DNA of 64,000 nt, from NCBI GenBank assembly GCA_045837725.1, contig JBEWZL010000260.1:1-64000 (forward strand), read 5' to 3'. Origin of the DNA: Vermamoeba vermiformis. Taxonomy: Eukaryota. The position numbers were made by a program, and so were the translations under genes. Shown here in pieces: positions 1 to 12,063 of this stretch (its first letter is position 1; each line of letters opens with the position of its first letter). The notes under the pieces are model-generated. The model did no database searches. It worked only from the letters and a program-made list of their open reading frames with translations, and was not told the origin of the DNA.

Positions 1-192
1 AACCCTAACCCTAACCCTAACCCTAACCCTAACCCTAACCCTAACCCTAACCCTAACCCTAACCCTAACCCTAACCCTAACCCTAACCCTAACCCTAACC
101 CTAACCCTAACCCTAACCCTAACCCTAACCCTAACCCTAACCCTAACCCTAACCCTAACCCTAACCCTAACCCTAACCCTAACCCTAACCCT
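1..192. repeat. Telomeric repeat (AACCCT)n = (TTAGGG)n, left chromosome end
   Basis: 32 perfect hexamer copies from base 1, C-rich strand on +. Confidence 0.99.
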
Positions 193-626
193 CAACAAGA
201 TAAAATATCTTGTCTGTGGTGTTGCAGTGAAAGATAAGTGTAAATTCGAAAAAATCAAAAATTCGTGGCCAAGTCCCTTCATTTTTCGAAAAATTCGAAC
301 TTTCAGCAATGTTAATAAATTTTATATGATAAATCATCTAAAATATAGACTAGACTACCCTGCAAAGGAGAGGTCTGTGAGTGTCCGTGACTCAGAGCTA
401 GAATTAACCGAAAAGTGTCGGGAACGGTGATTTGCCTGCGGCATTGCGGCATTACGACGCTGGCGCCGCAGCTACTTCGGGCCTCTGTATCTCTGCATCA
501 CTATCACCAAATGTAATGGGACTTGGTGGTACGCTCGGGCCTTCGGCCCTCGCTGCATGGAACAACTCCCGGAAATTTCGGTGAAATTTCGTTAGAGATC
601 CAGGGGCCCGAAAAGCGAAGCATAAG

Positions 627-639
627 CCCTAACCCTAAC
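627..639. repeat. Short interstitial telomeric repeat
   Basis: ccctaaccctaac in the same orientation as the terminal array. Confidence 0.7.
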
Positions 640-698
640 TCTGGGATTGCTGATACAAACCATACTTTCAATTTTACCAAGCCACAGACCTTGGTGCA

Positions 699-960
699 GA
701 CTCAGATCCAGGGATCAAATTGAGCTAACTTCAACACAGATCTTGTTTATTACTTGCATTAGCTATTATTGATTGATTAAACACTGATTCTGAAGTCAAT
801 TCTCAATTTTGACACTTCACTCTTGGCACTGACTCAGACCAAGGGATTGGATCAAGCTGACTTCAACTTAGATCTGTTATTTTCTTTATATTCACTATGA
901 TTCATTGATTAAACACTGATTCAGAGGTCAAAATCCAACTTTGGTTCTTGACTCTGACTC
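699..960. repeat. Degenerate ~130-bp subtelomeric tandem repeat, 2 copies
   Basis: gactcaga..agggat..gct.acttcaac..agatct...ttgattaaacactgattc.ga.gtcaa recurs at ~699 and ~831. Confidence 0.75.
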
Positions 961-2038
961 CTGGGATAGGGTTGTCTCCTTCTACCTAGGACTAACTTGA
1001 CATTTCAGCTTGAAACTTCAAATACACTGTTTATATAATGTTTTAACATGTTTCTGATTGATTTGGCATGGGTTTGGATCCTATCTCAAAGTTACTTAGC
1101 AGCTGATCAGGGATTCAAATTCTTGAAGTATGGATCAACTGTCGGAACAGGTCGATACTATTGTGATAAATATACATAAATATAGTAACATAAGAATATG
1201 AAAGAGATTCATCAATCCAATATCATGGCTCTGAGATCTGGAGGCTATCTGGATGCATCAAAGGCTGCAAACATGCAATCTTTGCAGATATGGCATGGAT
1301 GGGTGACAGTTCATATGAATATGCTATGATCCAAGTATGAGCTGATTCCAACATGAAGAAGCTGATATCCAGATCTGGTAAGAACTTGGCTGAAATCTGT
1401 TGCTGGATTTTGGGTGTCAGAGTCACGAGCAGATCAAGGGGTCCTATTGATAAGGTATACACAACTAATAGTAAAAACACTCTAAACCAAAATATAAATG
1501 GATTCTGTTGCAGTAATGTGTGTTCGTTCAATGAGCATCATACTTAGCCTTTGTTTTGTATGCTGAATGGACAGGTTGAAATTCTTCAAATAAAAGTTGA
1601 GATTTTATTTAGTGTTTGTCAATGACTGATGCTGCAATAACAAGTGTTGTGCTGATGACTCTAATTGATCTTTGTTGGGCTGATCCTTGTCTAATTCTCC
1701 ATCAGGCATTGCACTGAGCAGGTCTATTTTGCTACAAGAATTGGATGGCTTTAATCTTTTGATATTGGCAATAAACAATTTCTCATTGCTAGTTTCCTTT
1801 TGTTTGCTGAAATTCATTTAGGTGCTGGGCTAAGCTGTGCTTCATGTTGAATGATGTATGAGTCACTATGTAGTTAATTGCAGAGCGGGTGTAAGATTTA
1901 GCGCTGTAGTGATTACTTATTGGTTGGTGCTTGAATGATCACTAGCGGTGAAAAAATTACAGTGACCAGTCTCAGTGAATGAGTGAGTGAGCAAGATTGC
2001 GATCAGATAAGTGAGATTGCTTTCCTCCAATAGATTGT

Positions 2039-2420
2039 TTAACAATGTTGTAGCTGTTGCACTGAAATTTCAGCCACATACCTGTCTGGTGAGATCTTCA
2101 AGTTTTGGATTGGATCAACCAATCCTTGAAGCAGCAGTGAGGGCGCAATTCTACAAAAGAGCAATTCAAAGGTTGATTCCTTTGTAGATTTCTGAGCCAT
2201 GACTCTATATGCCCAACGTACAAACACTAAGTGCACATTCCAGTTGCGTTGATCTGCAATGGTGTAGCAACTTAGCATTTGCATGACAGTCTTGTTAGTC
2301 CTCCACTTGTCCATCTGTTTGAGGGTGATAGCCAGACGTGAAGATTTTATTGCAAGTGATCCAGGTGAGAAAAACTTTGCCATGATCTGACAAAAGTTGT
2401 CTTGGAGCTCCAAATTAACA
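2039..2420 (-). pseudogene. Degenerate Ty3/Gypsy integrase fragment
   Basis: YHPQTDGQVE frameshifted into TNKTVMQMLSCY..DQRNW..L.FV.WAYR...QKSTKESTFELLF, matching the integrase core C-terminal half (cf. HPQTDGLVEKFNQTLATML in the intact pol). Confidence 0.8.
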
Positions 2421-2637
2421 GATGACTTTATTCATAAGAATATTGACAATCTCCCCATCTGAGTGCAGATTGGGAAGTGCTTCTACCCAATTTGTAAGGT
2501 AATCTTGAATAACAAGTATCCACCAATACTTGTTATGTTTCTTAATATTTTATATTACATTTTGTTGTGTTTTCTGATTTTTGGGGTTTTGGTTGAAATG
2601 TGTAATAAATTCTGTTCAGCAACAACAAAAAAACAAA

Positions 2638-2955
2638 ATGCAACAAATCACTGTAAAAATGCACCTTCTAAACCCAGTGAATTACAAGAAGATAGCTCCA
2701 GAAGCAATCTTTGTTTTTTACTTTGAAGCAGATGAAGAAAAGAAAAGAAAAATCTTGCAAGCTGTATCAGGTGCAAGACCATTAGTTGCTGTGATAACTC
2801 CAAATCATCCAAAAGATAGGATTTATTACAAAGGCAAGTTGATTTTATCAGACTGGAGATTATCAATAGAGTGCCAGCTAAGAGAAGATTTGAGTGCTGC
2901 TGATGAAGTTTTGCCTTGGAACAGCCAAAAATTTGATAGAGTCGTAATAATGTAG
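2638..2955 (+). CDS. Small hypothetical protein (~105 aa); paralogous fragment at ~5340-5440
   Basis: ATG-initiated ORF; PVNYKKIAPEAIFVFYFEA resembles SVNYRKIARDDAKIFVFYFEA at 5.35 kb. Confidence 0.45.
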   Translation: MQQITVKMHLLNPVNYKKIAPEAIFVFYFEADEEKKRKILQAVSGARPLVAVITPNHPKDRIYYKGKLILSDWRLSIECQLREDLSAADEVLPWNSQKFDRVVIM

Positions 2956-3084
2956 TGACCTTAATACACAATAACTAATTAAAAACTTGCTTTTGTTAAT
3001 TGTATAAAATATGTTAAGAATTAAACTAATAAATTAGTTTAAAAAAAATCCAAACAATGCTAAGTATAATGGGTAGCAGTTAAC

Positions 3085-3620
3085 TTAGAATTCCTTTTCA
3101 GAATAGTACTGCCAATGCTTGATAAATTCTGAGGTCTGGAGCAGAGTGAAAGCATAAACTTGCCAATGGGTCAGAAAAGGTTCATACTGAGCATCATCGT
3201 GGTAGACAGCTACAAGCTGTTGTTTCTGAGGCTCTTCCAAGACATTGTAAAACCCCGTGACATCCAATGATCAGAACTTGAGAGCAGTCAATTGCCTAGT
3301 GAACCACTTGAGCTCATAAATATCTTCCCACCATCATGTGACTTTCAACGTCTCAATAATTCTGAGTTGATAGGTTTCAAACCAGGATGGGAATGATAAC
3401 AACTTGCTGCACTTGATTGAAACACCAATTAATTTTGGGGAGAGCTTAGTTGCCACTAAGACAATGTCATGGAACCTTCCCAAATTAACTAAACATAATG
3501 GTCATTTAGCATCTGAATCAGGATGAGTAGTTCAAAACACAGTTTGTTATATACCAGTTCCACCTTAGTTTATTTGAAAATTCCTGTTAGGGAACTGGTC
3601 TAAATTTGAATTAATGTACA
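3085..3620 (-). pseudogene. Decayed paralog of the F-box/LRR-like genes at 5.6-7.0 and 7.9-9.0 kb
   Basis: DVTGFYNVLE...LVAVY...FLTHWQ...EFIKHWQYYSE aligns with DIPSFYDSLE...LVAVY...FLTYWQ...EFLKHWTYCSE; upstream part broken by stops and frameshifts. Confidence 0.75.
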
Positions 3621-3959
3621 CAAATAGCTCACTAGCAACATCTGCGTTAGGAAATGATTTTGTGATGTAGAATAAAAGTTTTTTTCAATAGAGCATAGAG
3701 CAAAGAACTTTAAAAGTCTTGACTTCCAAGTGCAGAATCTGTCATGGTGAAGTGGTGACTGAGGAATAGCAGATTGAACAGCAGAACTTGTGTCAAAGGC
3801 ATCTGTAGTCATGCACACAAAAGCAAGTCCTCAAGATTGATGCTGGCAATGACAAGATGTCAGTGACATTATTGACTAGGTCGCTTAGGTGTTGTGGAAC
3901 TTGATGGAATCTGGGTTTGAGCTGTTGAATTGAATTTGAATTACATGCTTGGTACAGAA

Positions 3960-4140
3960 TGTAAAGATAGAACGTAGAAGGATAATGTGCATTGCAGCAG
4001 CAAGGGTTGCAAGGGCCATGATGTCTCACTACTTGCTGGGCCTTTAATGGATGCAATCAGTTAGTGCAACTTGTCAATGTCCCACTTGAGTCAGCGTCTT
4101 CATGAAGCATGCATTGTAGTCAGTGACAACCTCATTAATC
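3960..4140 (-). pseudogene. Possible degenerate retrotransposon gag fragment
   Basis: NEVVTDYNACF...ATLAAAM resembles the gag E.V.DY..RF / TL..A pattern; contains stops. Confidence 0.35.
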
Positions 4141-4596
4141 AGGTGTGAATGCTGTCCAAAGTGATGAAATTGAGAGTTCTGTTCAGTGGTGAGAAGTTAG
4201 CTCTGAACATTTCAAACCAATCCTGGAGTTGTAGTTGGGCCAATAACATCTCCTTTTTAGGGATCCAATGTCATAGAACTTTGAAACCCATTAACAACAT
4301 TACAATTCTTGGGAAAGAAGCATGCCAATTGATTTTCAAGAATTTCAAAGTTTCTCCAACATTTTCTGATGGTTTTGTCAAGGATTTAAAGGATCTAAGG
4401 GTTTTCCATTGATTTCCATTGAATCTCCATTGCTTCATTTGTTTCCATTAAATTCCAGAGATTTTTGGAAGGAGAGATTAACAAAAAGTTTCTAGTGGCC
4501 CTTTAGTTTATAAGGTTAGACTTTGACATAAAGAATTCCATCTGGCACAGCCCAGTAATTGAATTAACTGTCACAAAAGAAAGTTTACCTAATCTT

Positions 4597-4700
4597 CCAG
4601 GGCTGCTGAAAACAGGGAAATTTGGCAACTGAAAGCAAGTTTCCCTGTGTCAGCCAAATTTACCTGAATTTATTCATGAATTGTAATTATTCATGAACCA
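4597..4700 (+). repeat. Left copy of repeat family R1 (one 47-bp-like unit plus ATTCATGAA palindromes), inverted relative to the 45.9 and 47.3 kb copies
   Basis: ccagggctgctgaaaacagggaaatttggc...aaatttacctgaatttattcatgaattgta is the reverse complement of 45895-45996 and 47340-47441. Confidence 0.85.
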
Positions 4701-5559
4701 GAAAAAAAATTAAAGTAAAAAATAGATTTTACATTTTACTCCTCAAATGGATGATTTTCCATCTAGACATTAGCTATTTAGCCCTGGGCACAAAAAAATT
4801 CCTCCAATAGTGAAGGATACTAGGAAAAAATAATGTGTAGTGGAGCCTCAGGATGTCACCTTGTACTTTCTTGGGTTGACTTATATGCACAACCCATCAA
4901 ATCTTCACACTAAGCTAAGAAAAAATGAAGACCTCAATGGTCAAATAACAGATCAATTTTAATTCTCTTTCGTTTTTTAGCAACACTGTTGATTGAAAAT
5001 TTTATTTAAAGTTTACAACATCAACAGCAATTACATGGTTTGGGAATTGTGTAAATTAATTCATATGTGGAATACGGAGGAAAAAGGATTGGGGCCAATA
5101 GTTTAAGCAACCCCATTGAAGAAAACCGCTCGTTTATAGTGTATGGCCCATGTACTTCAAATGCAAAGCCTGAGGGGACCTGGGCAGCCAATAATCCTTC
5201 AACTCCATAACAAGTAAGTGTGATTTGTTCCATAGAGTGATTTTTTCTCTTCAGTAAATATTCCTTTTCTTTTAACGTGTAATAAAAGTTTAATCTGAAT
5301 TGTTTTTATATTTTACAAAAAATGTATCTTCTTATAATTCCGATGAATGTTCTGAATCCGTGAATTACAGGAAGATCGCTCGTGATGATGCAAAGATCTT
5401 TGTTTTTTACTTTGAAGCAAGAAAAGAAAAGAAAGGCAACATTCACATCATAGTAATTAGAATTAAAGTTATACACTATTGTGTACTGTATTTTTGTTCA
5501 ATATTCACTTATTGTTTATTGACACTTTAAGGAGATTGAACGGCAACAATGAAAATGAT

Positions 5560-6962
5560 TTAAAAATGAGTGAGCTTCTTCCAAAGCAACTCAAATTCGT
5601 AATCATAACATATATCAACTGGATGATCCTCCCAATCTCTGCATAGTTGATCAATTGCTTGAGAAGAGCAAAACAACTTTTGGGGGAAGTGTATTCTGGC
5701 AGACAGCATCGCTGCATAGAATCCAGGAATATCAACCAATGCCTGCTGCAGAGAAGGAAAGCTTCGAACAATACTAATAAGCTCATGTTTGGATCTTAGC
5801 CATTGATTTGCTCCTTTAATCTGCAAGACCCTCAGTTGCCCATATTTAGAAGGGGATGAAAGCATTGATAACGGAATTAAATTGAAGCTTGAACACCTAA
5901 TTCTGAGGCCAATTAACTGACTGCTTACATTGTGAACCATTTTCACTATTTGGTGGAAATTCACCGATCTGCTCTTGGTTTCCCAGTCAACAAATTGTAA
6001 CATTGGCAACTCTGCCAAACGAACATTTTGATCATCATACATAGAGAAACCTTCTTCAGAAGTGTGTACAACAAACAACTTGTTTAGAAATCGGGGCAAT
6101 AAAGTTAAAAATGGTTTGATGTGTCCCTCATGTCCCTTTAATGTTGCAGATGCCACATACATCCAGTTATCCAAGTAAGTCAGTCTTAAACGCTTTTTTA
6201 AACAGGGGTTTTGCCAAAATGAATATAATGTACTTACAAAGGGGCTCTGGGCTCGGAAGGATCATGTTCATGTAGAGAGCAGTAGAGGAGCTCAACCTTT
6301 TTCAATGTTGGGCACATTTTAAGACCGTAAGTAAAGCGTGACAAAGTCAGATCAACTTTGTAAAAACAGATGTGCTCCAATGATGAAAAGGGAATGTAGA
6401 GTTTTGGGGTGCAAGTAAACCAAAGTTTTTTCTGCTTGGATAGATCTCCTTTAACCTTTCCTAAAAGAATATGTCTGATCACAGCATAGCCCATCTTCTT
6501 AGAAGAGAAATCTATGGAGACTCCATGATAGTTATCCAAAATAGCAAGAACTCGGCTCATGCTGGTAGTGGAGCAGAACAGCATTGCCATCATATCTGAA
6601 GGATGTAAAAGATCACAAATTTGAACCAACACATCAATAACAATGCTTTCTAAATAGCACGTAAAAGGAAGTTTAAGGTCAAACTCCCCATCATTTGATT
6701 CAAAGCTGTCACTAGCGGATTCACTGCTAATGAAGATGTAATCAGGAACTCCTGTGTAGACTGTGGCTTGCTGTAAATATATCAGAAGAGAGTATTTTTT
6801 AAGTACATTGAAGAATTGAATTAACTGCATATTGCATACAAAGGCAATTTTAATATTTGTTAATAAAACTGGTCTAACACTAACACTATCTTCTGAAAAT
6901 GAAAGCTCATCCTGAAGGCCATCCAAATGTTGAGAACTACTATTAGCAGAATTATTCTCCAT
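5560..6962 (-). CDS. Spliced F-box-like/degenerate LRR protein
   Basis: ORFs 6234-6998 and 5560-6174; VLVQICDLLHPSDMMAMLFCS is F-box-like; clear paralog of 7902-8998 (LWFTCTP/LYLTCTP, CPTLKKVELLYC/CPKLWKVELLYC). Confidence 0.7.
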
Positions 6963-7214
6963 TAAGAGTAGTTGCTTTGGGGTCCCATAGAATGTCAAAA
7001 AACAACTTTTTCACAAAACAGCAATTTAATTAAAGTTTTAACTAAATAAAATGCATTTAGAATAGGAATTTTTACTTTCCTATCGTGAAAAAACTTGCTA
7101 ATTTTTTGTTAGTGTTCAAGCAAGGAAAATTAGGATTCTAATTTATTCAGCAGGGTAACTGGTAGAATCAACATCAATTTCATTTAAAGAGTAAAAATGC
7201 TGTGACTGGTTGCT

Positions 7215-7844
7215 CTAATCCATCCAAATACTCTCATTAGCTTCAGGATTTAAGTTGTTGCTCAGTTCCATGATACAATCATCCTCAATGTTGCTTTGAC
7301 AGCCTTCCCCTGAAGTCTTTGTTTGAAGTCTTTCCAACTGTTCCTTATCAACTACAATTTCAATCAAGAAGTGAAATTTCTGTGCACAGAAAGTAAAAGC
7401 ACCTTCATGATCCGAAAGCTCAAAGAATTTGTTCATTATACATTGTTTCTTGTCTAAGTGGTAATTAGGTTTGATTGTTGAAATTTTCAAAATCATACTG
7501 GCTATGACATGAAGCAATTCTGAAAAAAGCATCAGAATTCAGTTAAGCTGATTTATCTATTTTTACCTGATTTACAGTGTTCTTGGTCATATCCAATAAT
7601 GTTGCTAATGCAAGTCTAGAAAATGTCAAATAAGCATTTTGAGCAAGTGCCTCACCTTTAGATCATCATTGAGAATTGAGTAGTTTAGCAAATCACTGGT
7701 CCTTTGCTTAAAATTATTGATTGTTTTTCTAGGAATTGTTTCATACCTCTCTTTTTGATTTTCAGCAACTTGAAGGTAGATCTGGATAACTTCCCTTCCT
7801 TTGAACAACAAAGCAGGGCCTGGTACTGGCAAGACACTGCTCAT
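7215..7844 (-). CDS. Hypothetical spliced protein
   Basis: Adjacent ORFs 7626-7844 and 7215-7532 with splice-like signals between them; no recognised domain. Confidence 0.4.
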
Positions 7845-7901
7845 TATTTTGACTTACAATTATAATTAAAAATTTATTTGTATCTTTCCACGTAAAAATA
7901 T

Positions 7902-8998
7902 TCACCAGGAATTTTCTGAACAATAAGTCCAGTGCTTTAGAAATTCGTAGTTTTGGTACAAGGTTAATTCAAAATCTTGCCAGTATGTAAGAAAAGCATT
8001 GCGTTGACTACCATCACAGTAAACTGCTACCAAATTGGTTTTTTGGAGATCTTCCAAACTATCATAAAAACTTGGAATATCAACAGAGCAGAATCTTAGC
8101 TTTTCCAATTGCTTAGTAAACCACTTGAGATTTGCTTGTGAAAAATATCTTCCTTCGCAGCCTTTGATTTGCAACATGTCAATGTCAGCCAATTGATAAC
8201 TTTCAAGCCACCAAGGAAAGGGCATGAATTTGAGGCATTGAATAGACAGTCCAATTAATTTTGGAGACAGTTGTACAACTACTGACATAATATCATGGAA
8301 AGAAATCTCCCTGTTGCTAGTTTCCCATGAGATGTAATGAAGAAATGGACTAGTAATTGAATAGACTGAGTCATAAATTAGTGAATCCAAGCTCTCATCA
8401 ACAATTGAAAGAGATCTCAATTGTTTTGGAATCAAAGAGAGAAAAGGAAATATATTTTCAGAGCCTCCCTTGATCATCAACACAGAGAGGGATTGCCAAG
8501 GAAGACAATAATTCAAGCTAATGCAAGACTTAGTCTATTAAGTTATGATAACACAACGTACTTGCTAACAATTGGCTCCATAATTGCATTGTCATCAAAA
8601 GTGCAGTATAAGAGTTCAACTTTCCATAACTTCGGGCAATTGTTGAAGGTCAGAGCCATTCGGTACAAAGACAAATTTACTCTGTAGTAGCATAAGTGCT
8701 TTAATGAGCCAAACAATAGGGACTTTAATGGAGTACATGTTAGATAGAGCTTGGAAATCCATGAAACATCAGCTTCAACCTTCCCTTGCAATATGGGTTG
8801 AATTAGTAAGTAGCTCATTCTTAATGTTCCAATATCAATTGATGATTTGTTGTAACTATAGGAAGGAAGGACTTGCAATGCCTTCTGTAAGCAACTCTTT
8901 GAACATCTGCACAGCTTAAGAAGCTCTGCAGGCTCTAACCACTGTACCAAGGGAAGAAATATGGAGTTTAAACTTGGACAAGCCAATTTTTTGTCCAT
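7902..8998 (-). CDS. Spliced F-box-like/degenerate LRR protein
   Basis: IFLPLVQWLEPAELLKLCRCSK is an F-box-like N-terminus; two ORFs joined by a short intron near 8516-8560; paralog of the 5.6-7.0 kb gene. Confidence 0.75.
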
Positions 8999-9082
8999 AG
9001 TTCTACTGCATATACAATTTCAATTATTTGTTTTTTTATTTTAAAAAGTACTGTTTTAGAACCAAGTCACTGAAGTAAAATT

Positions 9083-9268
9083 ATGGAAAACTTACAGTTC
9101 TTGACAAAGAAAAGCCAAAATATTGAATTCTGCTATTTTCAGGAAGGCAATCGCTATTTTTGTGCACATGGGGAAGACTTAGATGACCATTGCCACATGT
9201 TATTCTACTCAGAAAGCAGTCTTCTAGAACATTGGTATGAACATCATGTTCCTAAGGACAAATGTTGA
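9083..9268 (+). CDS. Small protein with C2H2-like zinc finger
   Basis: YFC-x9-C..LF.....LLEH...HH pattern. Confidence 0.35.
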   Translation: MENLQFLTKKSQNIEFCYFQEGNRYFCAHGEDLDDHCHMLFYSESSLLEHWYEHHVPKDKC

Positions 9269-9445
9269 CATAGAAAAGCAGCATCCTTGATAAAGCTAGT
9301 TACTTGTTAAATCTGATGACGTTGAATAAAGAATTTGTTATCTAGCAGCAGAAATGATGATTTGGTTGAGTATTTCAGTTTATTGAGCTTGTTAACGGTT
9401 TGTCTTTGTTTGAACTCTGTAACTTGGAAATATCTTCCTTAATTC

Positions 9446-9871
9446 TTACAAATTAAAGTTCTTGAACAATTCCTTACAAGGTTCACAAGGACACCAGTCC
9501 CAGGAAAAAATTTCTTTTTCTTCCCAATTCCAAAATTCTGGATCCAGTGCATCCCATTCCCCAAGAGCAAAGTCCTTGAAGTCAGTAAGGGTCATTTCTG
9601 CTTGGTATGCATTTTGAGTGGACCATCTGAAATTGCCTGCATAAGATAAAACCTGAACAATACAATTCATGCCCACTTTGCTGATGATCATTCCAACATG
9701 AATTGGGGGATCATTCACATCATTTGAAAAACAGGAATTTTTTTGCTTGGGGAATACAATCATATCTTTTGTTTGCAAAGATAGAAAGAAGTCTGTTTTT
9801 GAACCTCTCTCTGCACTCAAATAAACATCTGACAAGTCAAACAATGAACTGGATGTTTCTTCTTCAATCAT
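9446..9871 (-). CDS. Hypothetical protein, 141 aa
   Basis: ATG-initiated ORF with protein-like composition; C-terminal CPCEPC. Confidence 0.5.
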   Translation of the reverse strand: MIEEETSSSLFDLSDVYLSAERGSKTDFFLSLQTKDMIVFPKQKNSCFSNDVNDPPIHVGMIISKVGMNCIVQVLSYAGNFRWSTQNAYQAEMTLTDFKDFALGEWDALDPEFWNWEEKEIFSWDWCPCEPCKELFKNFNL

Positions 9872-9881
9872 CTTTGCAATA

Positions 9882-10916
9882 TCAAATAAATGATTTATTT
9901 AAGTTTTTACAAAAGAATAAAGCCTTAAAAAACTGGTGCATTTGTAATGAAATGTTAGGAATTTTTACTTGTTTGAATATTTCAAGCCAAATTTCGTTGG
10001 GGAGGAGTGCATAGATATGATCATTCTCTATAATGTACTTCATTGCAACAAGGCAATTGATGAAATCTTGCAACTGCTTAATATGATTTCTAAGCAGAAG
10101 ATGTCTTATTACAGCATCTCCTTTAAATCCTGCTATTTTGATTTTTGTGAGTGCCGTATTAAATTTAAGAATTTCTTTAAATGGCTCAAATGAAAACAGA
10201 GGAGGGGAATTCTTGTAGAGTGGAGCATAGCCAAAAACACTAATTGAGAGAGATACCAAAGACGAGTTGATTTTGAGAGCTTCATGCACCTCATGCAAGA
10301 CACGGTTACCAGGTAGTAGATAGGGTTTAAGTACAAGTTTTTTTAATTCTTTTGCTGTCTTTAATCCAATTGCCAAATTAGAATATACATCAGGGTGAAA
10401 GTCCTCACCAATTGAGCTGCATATTATTTTTAAAGTGTTGATGTTAGAAAGCCAAAGCAACTTTGATAAGGCTTGTAATTGACTGGAATGATTTGAGTAC
10501 AGAATAGTTAGTTCCAATGCTTGCAGATTATTTAGGGAAGCTAAAATAAATTCTGCAGAAGGGACAGTTATTGTCACCTTGAGTATTGAAAAATGCTCAA
10601 TGATTTTAAGTACTCTTAAAGGATAGGGTTTTTCAGAGTGCAATCCTAAAGAAACAGTAGCCCTTTTTTTGGTTTCCAGCAGCTCTTCTATTTGGCTGCA
10701 CAAAAAATCTGTAATTGGACATAGCAAAGTAATGCAATGAATATTGAAGTTCATTTTCATTGATTCAAAAAACTCTTCCACTTCCTCCATAGAAAAATTG
10801 CCAAAATCTGTATCCAGCACAACAGAGTGAGAAAAACTGCTTTCTATGGATATCCTGCCATGAGAAATACATGATATAGTAGAAGGGCTAAGAATTATCT
10901 CTTCTGGAAAAGACAT
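9882..10916 (-). CDS. RNI-like LRR protein with C-terminal F-box-like motif
   Basis: ALKINSSLVSLSI and LKFNTALTKIKI repeats; LLPNEIWLEIFKQV near the C-terminus. Confidence 0.75.
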   Translation of the reverse strand: MSFPEEIILSPSTISCISHGRISIESSFSHSVVLDTDFGNFSMEEVEEFFESMKMNFNIHCITLLCPITDFLCSQIEELLETKKRATVSLGLHSEKPYPLRVLKIIEHFSILKVTITVPSAEFILASLNNLQALELTILYSNHSSQLQALSKLLWLSNINTLKIICSSIGEDFHPDVYSNLAIGLKTAKELKKLVLKPYLLPGNRVLHEVHEALKINSSLVSLSISVFGYAPLYKNSPPLFSFEPFKEILKFNTALTKIKIAGFKGDAVIRHLLLRNHIKQLQDFINCLVAMKYIIENDHIYALLPNEIWLEIFKQVKIPNISLQMHQFFKALFFCKNLNKSFI

Positions 10917-11200
10917 GATGACTGACTGTTATGTATATATTTTAAATTTGGAATAATTGTATTTATATAGTTCAAACAGATTCCCAGAGGCATAGTTTTA
11001 TTCTACATCAATTTTTTTAATAATTGCAATTATTGTGTATAACCCCTAAAAACAATTTAATTCTGGTTTGCAAGTAAAATGATCAATCATTTGGTTGTTG
11101 ATGAAGCTTCATTGATGGAGTTTGTAGTAAATGAAGAGAGCTATTCCTCCTCTGATGGTGTTTGAAAAAAATTGTTTAAATAATCTAATACATTTCACAG

Positions 11201-11632
11201 ATGACATGTGGGAAAAATACAACTTGCCAGAAGGAGTGTAAGTTATCAATTTCTAAGCATTCAATTAATTTAAGCAGGTTGATTTGCCAGTGTGACCCAG
11301 TTTATGGTCATTTCTATGCCATTAATAAGAAGCATAGGAATGCTCATCTCTCCCTGGATGCTTTAGCTGGAATTTATAATGTTACAATGGCTACATTGGA
11401 AGAGTTAATCAATGATAAAAAGCCATCAATTTTTTTGGGAGTACTGAGGCACATCAACAACCAGGCAGATACCAGAAAAGTAAATTTTTTTCCACTGAGA
11501 CGGATCAACAAAATGATGAAAGATATTTGCATTGAATGTGATTCTTCTAAAGCCCAAGAATTTGTCAATTCAATGCTTCCAGGTCTCAAGCTTACTCAAA
11601 ATGGTGGTCAATTATCATTGGAATATCTCTGA
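11201..11632 (+). CDS. Hypothetical protein (likely upstream exon from ~11079)
   Basis: 143-aa ORF with splice-like signals upstream; no recognised domain. Confidence 0.4.
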   Translation: MTCGKNTTCQKECKLSISKHSINLSRLICQCDPVYGHFYAINKKHRNAHLSLDALAGIYNVTMATLEELINDKKPSIFLGVLRHINNQADTRKVNFFPLRRINKMMKDICIECDSSKAQEFVNSMLPGLKLTQNGGQLSLEYL

Positions 11633-12063
11633 ATAAGGAGTATTCCAACAAATAAACGCTTTATTACAAACTTACAACTGTTTCCCCAGGCTTACAATCA
11701 ATTGATTGTAAGCCATTAAGAACAAGCTCAGCAATATTTATGTGCTCAGGCAACATGTTTAAATCTTTTTTGTGCTCTTCTGAAACCATGATAATCGCTG
11801 ACAAAAAAAAAGTTACTGTTAAAATTTGGTTGGAGATAGCAAGAAGGTAACCAACTTTTTGGGTAGAATTCATCTTCAAGCTCCATTGCAAGACCTTTAA
11901 GATGTTCAACAATCCTTTCCAGTAATCTGATTTTGCGTAAAATGTGATTGTAGATCAACCATTTACTTTGAGAATCTCCCAAAGATGTAGCCATATTGTC
12001 AAGTTTTCTTTTTGCAATCTGATTTAAAAAAAATGATATAATATTTATTTTCTAACGTGCAAA

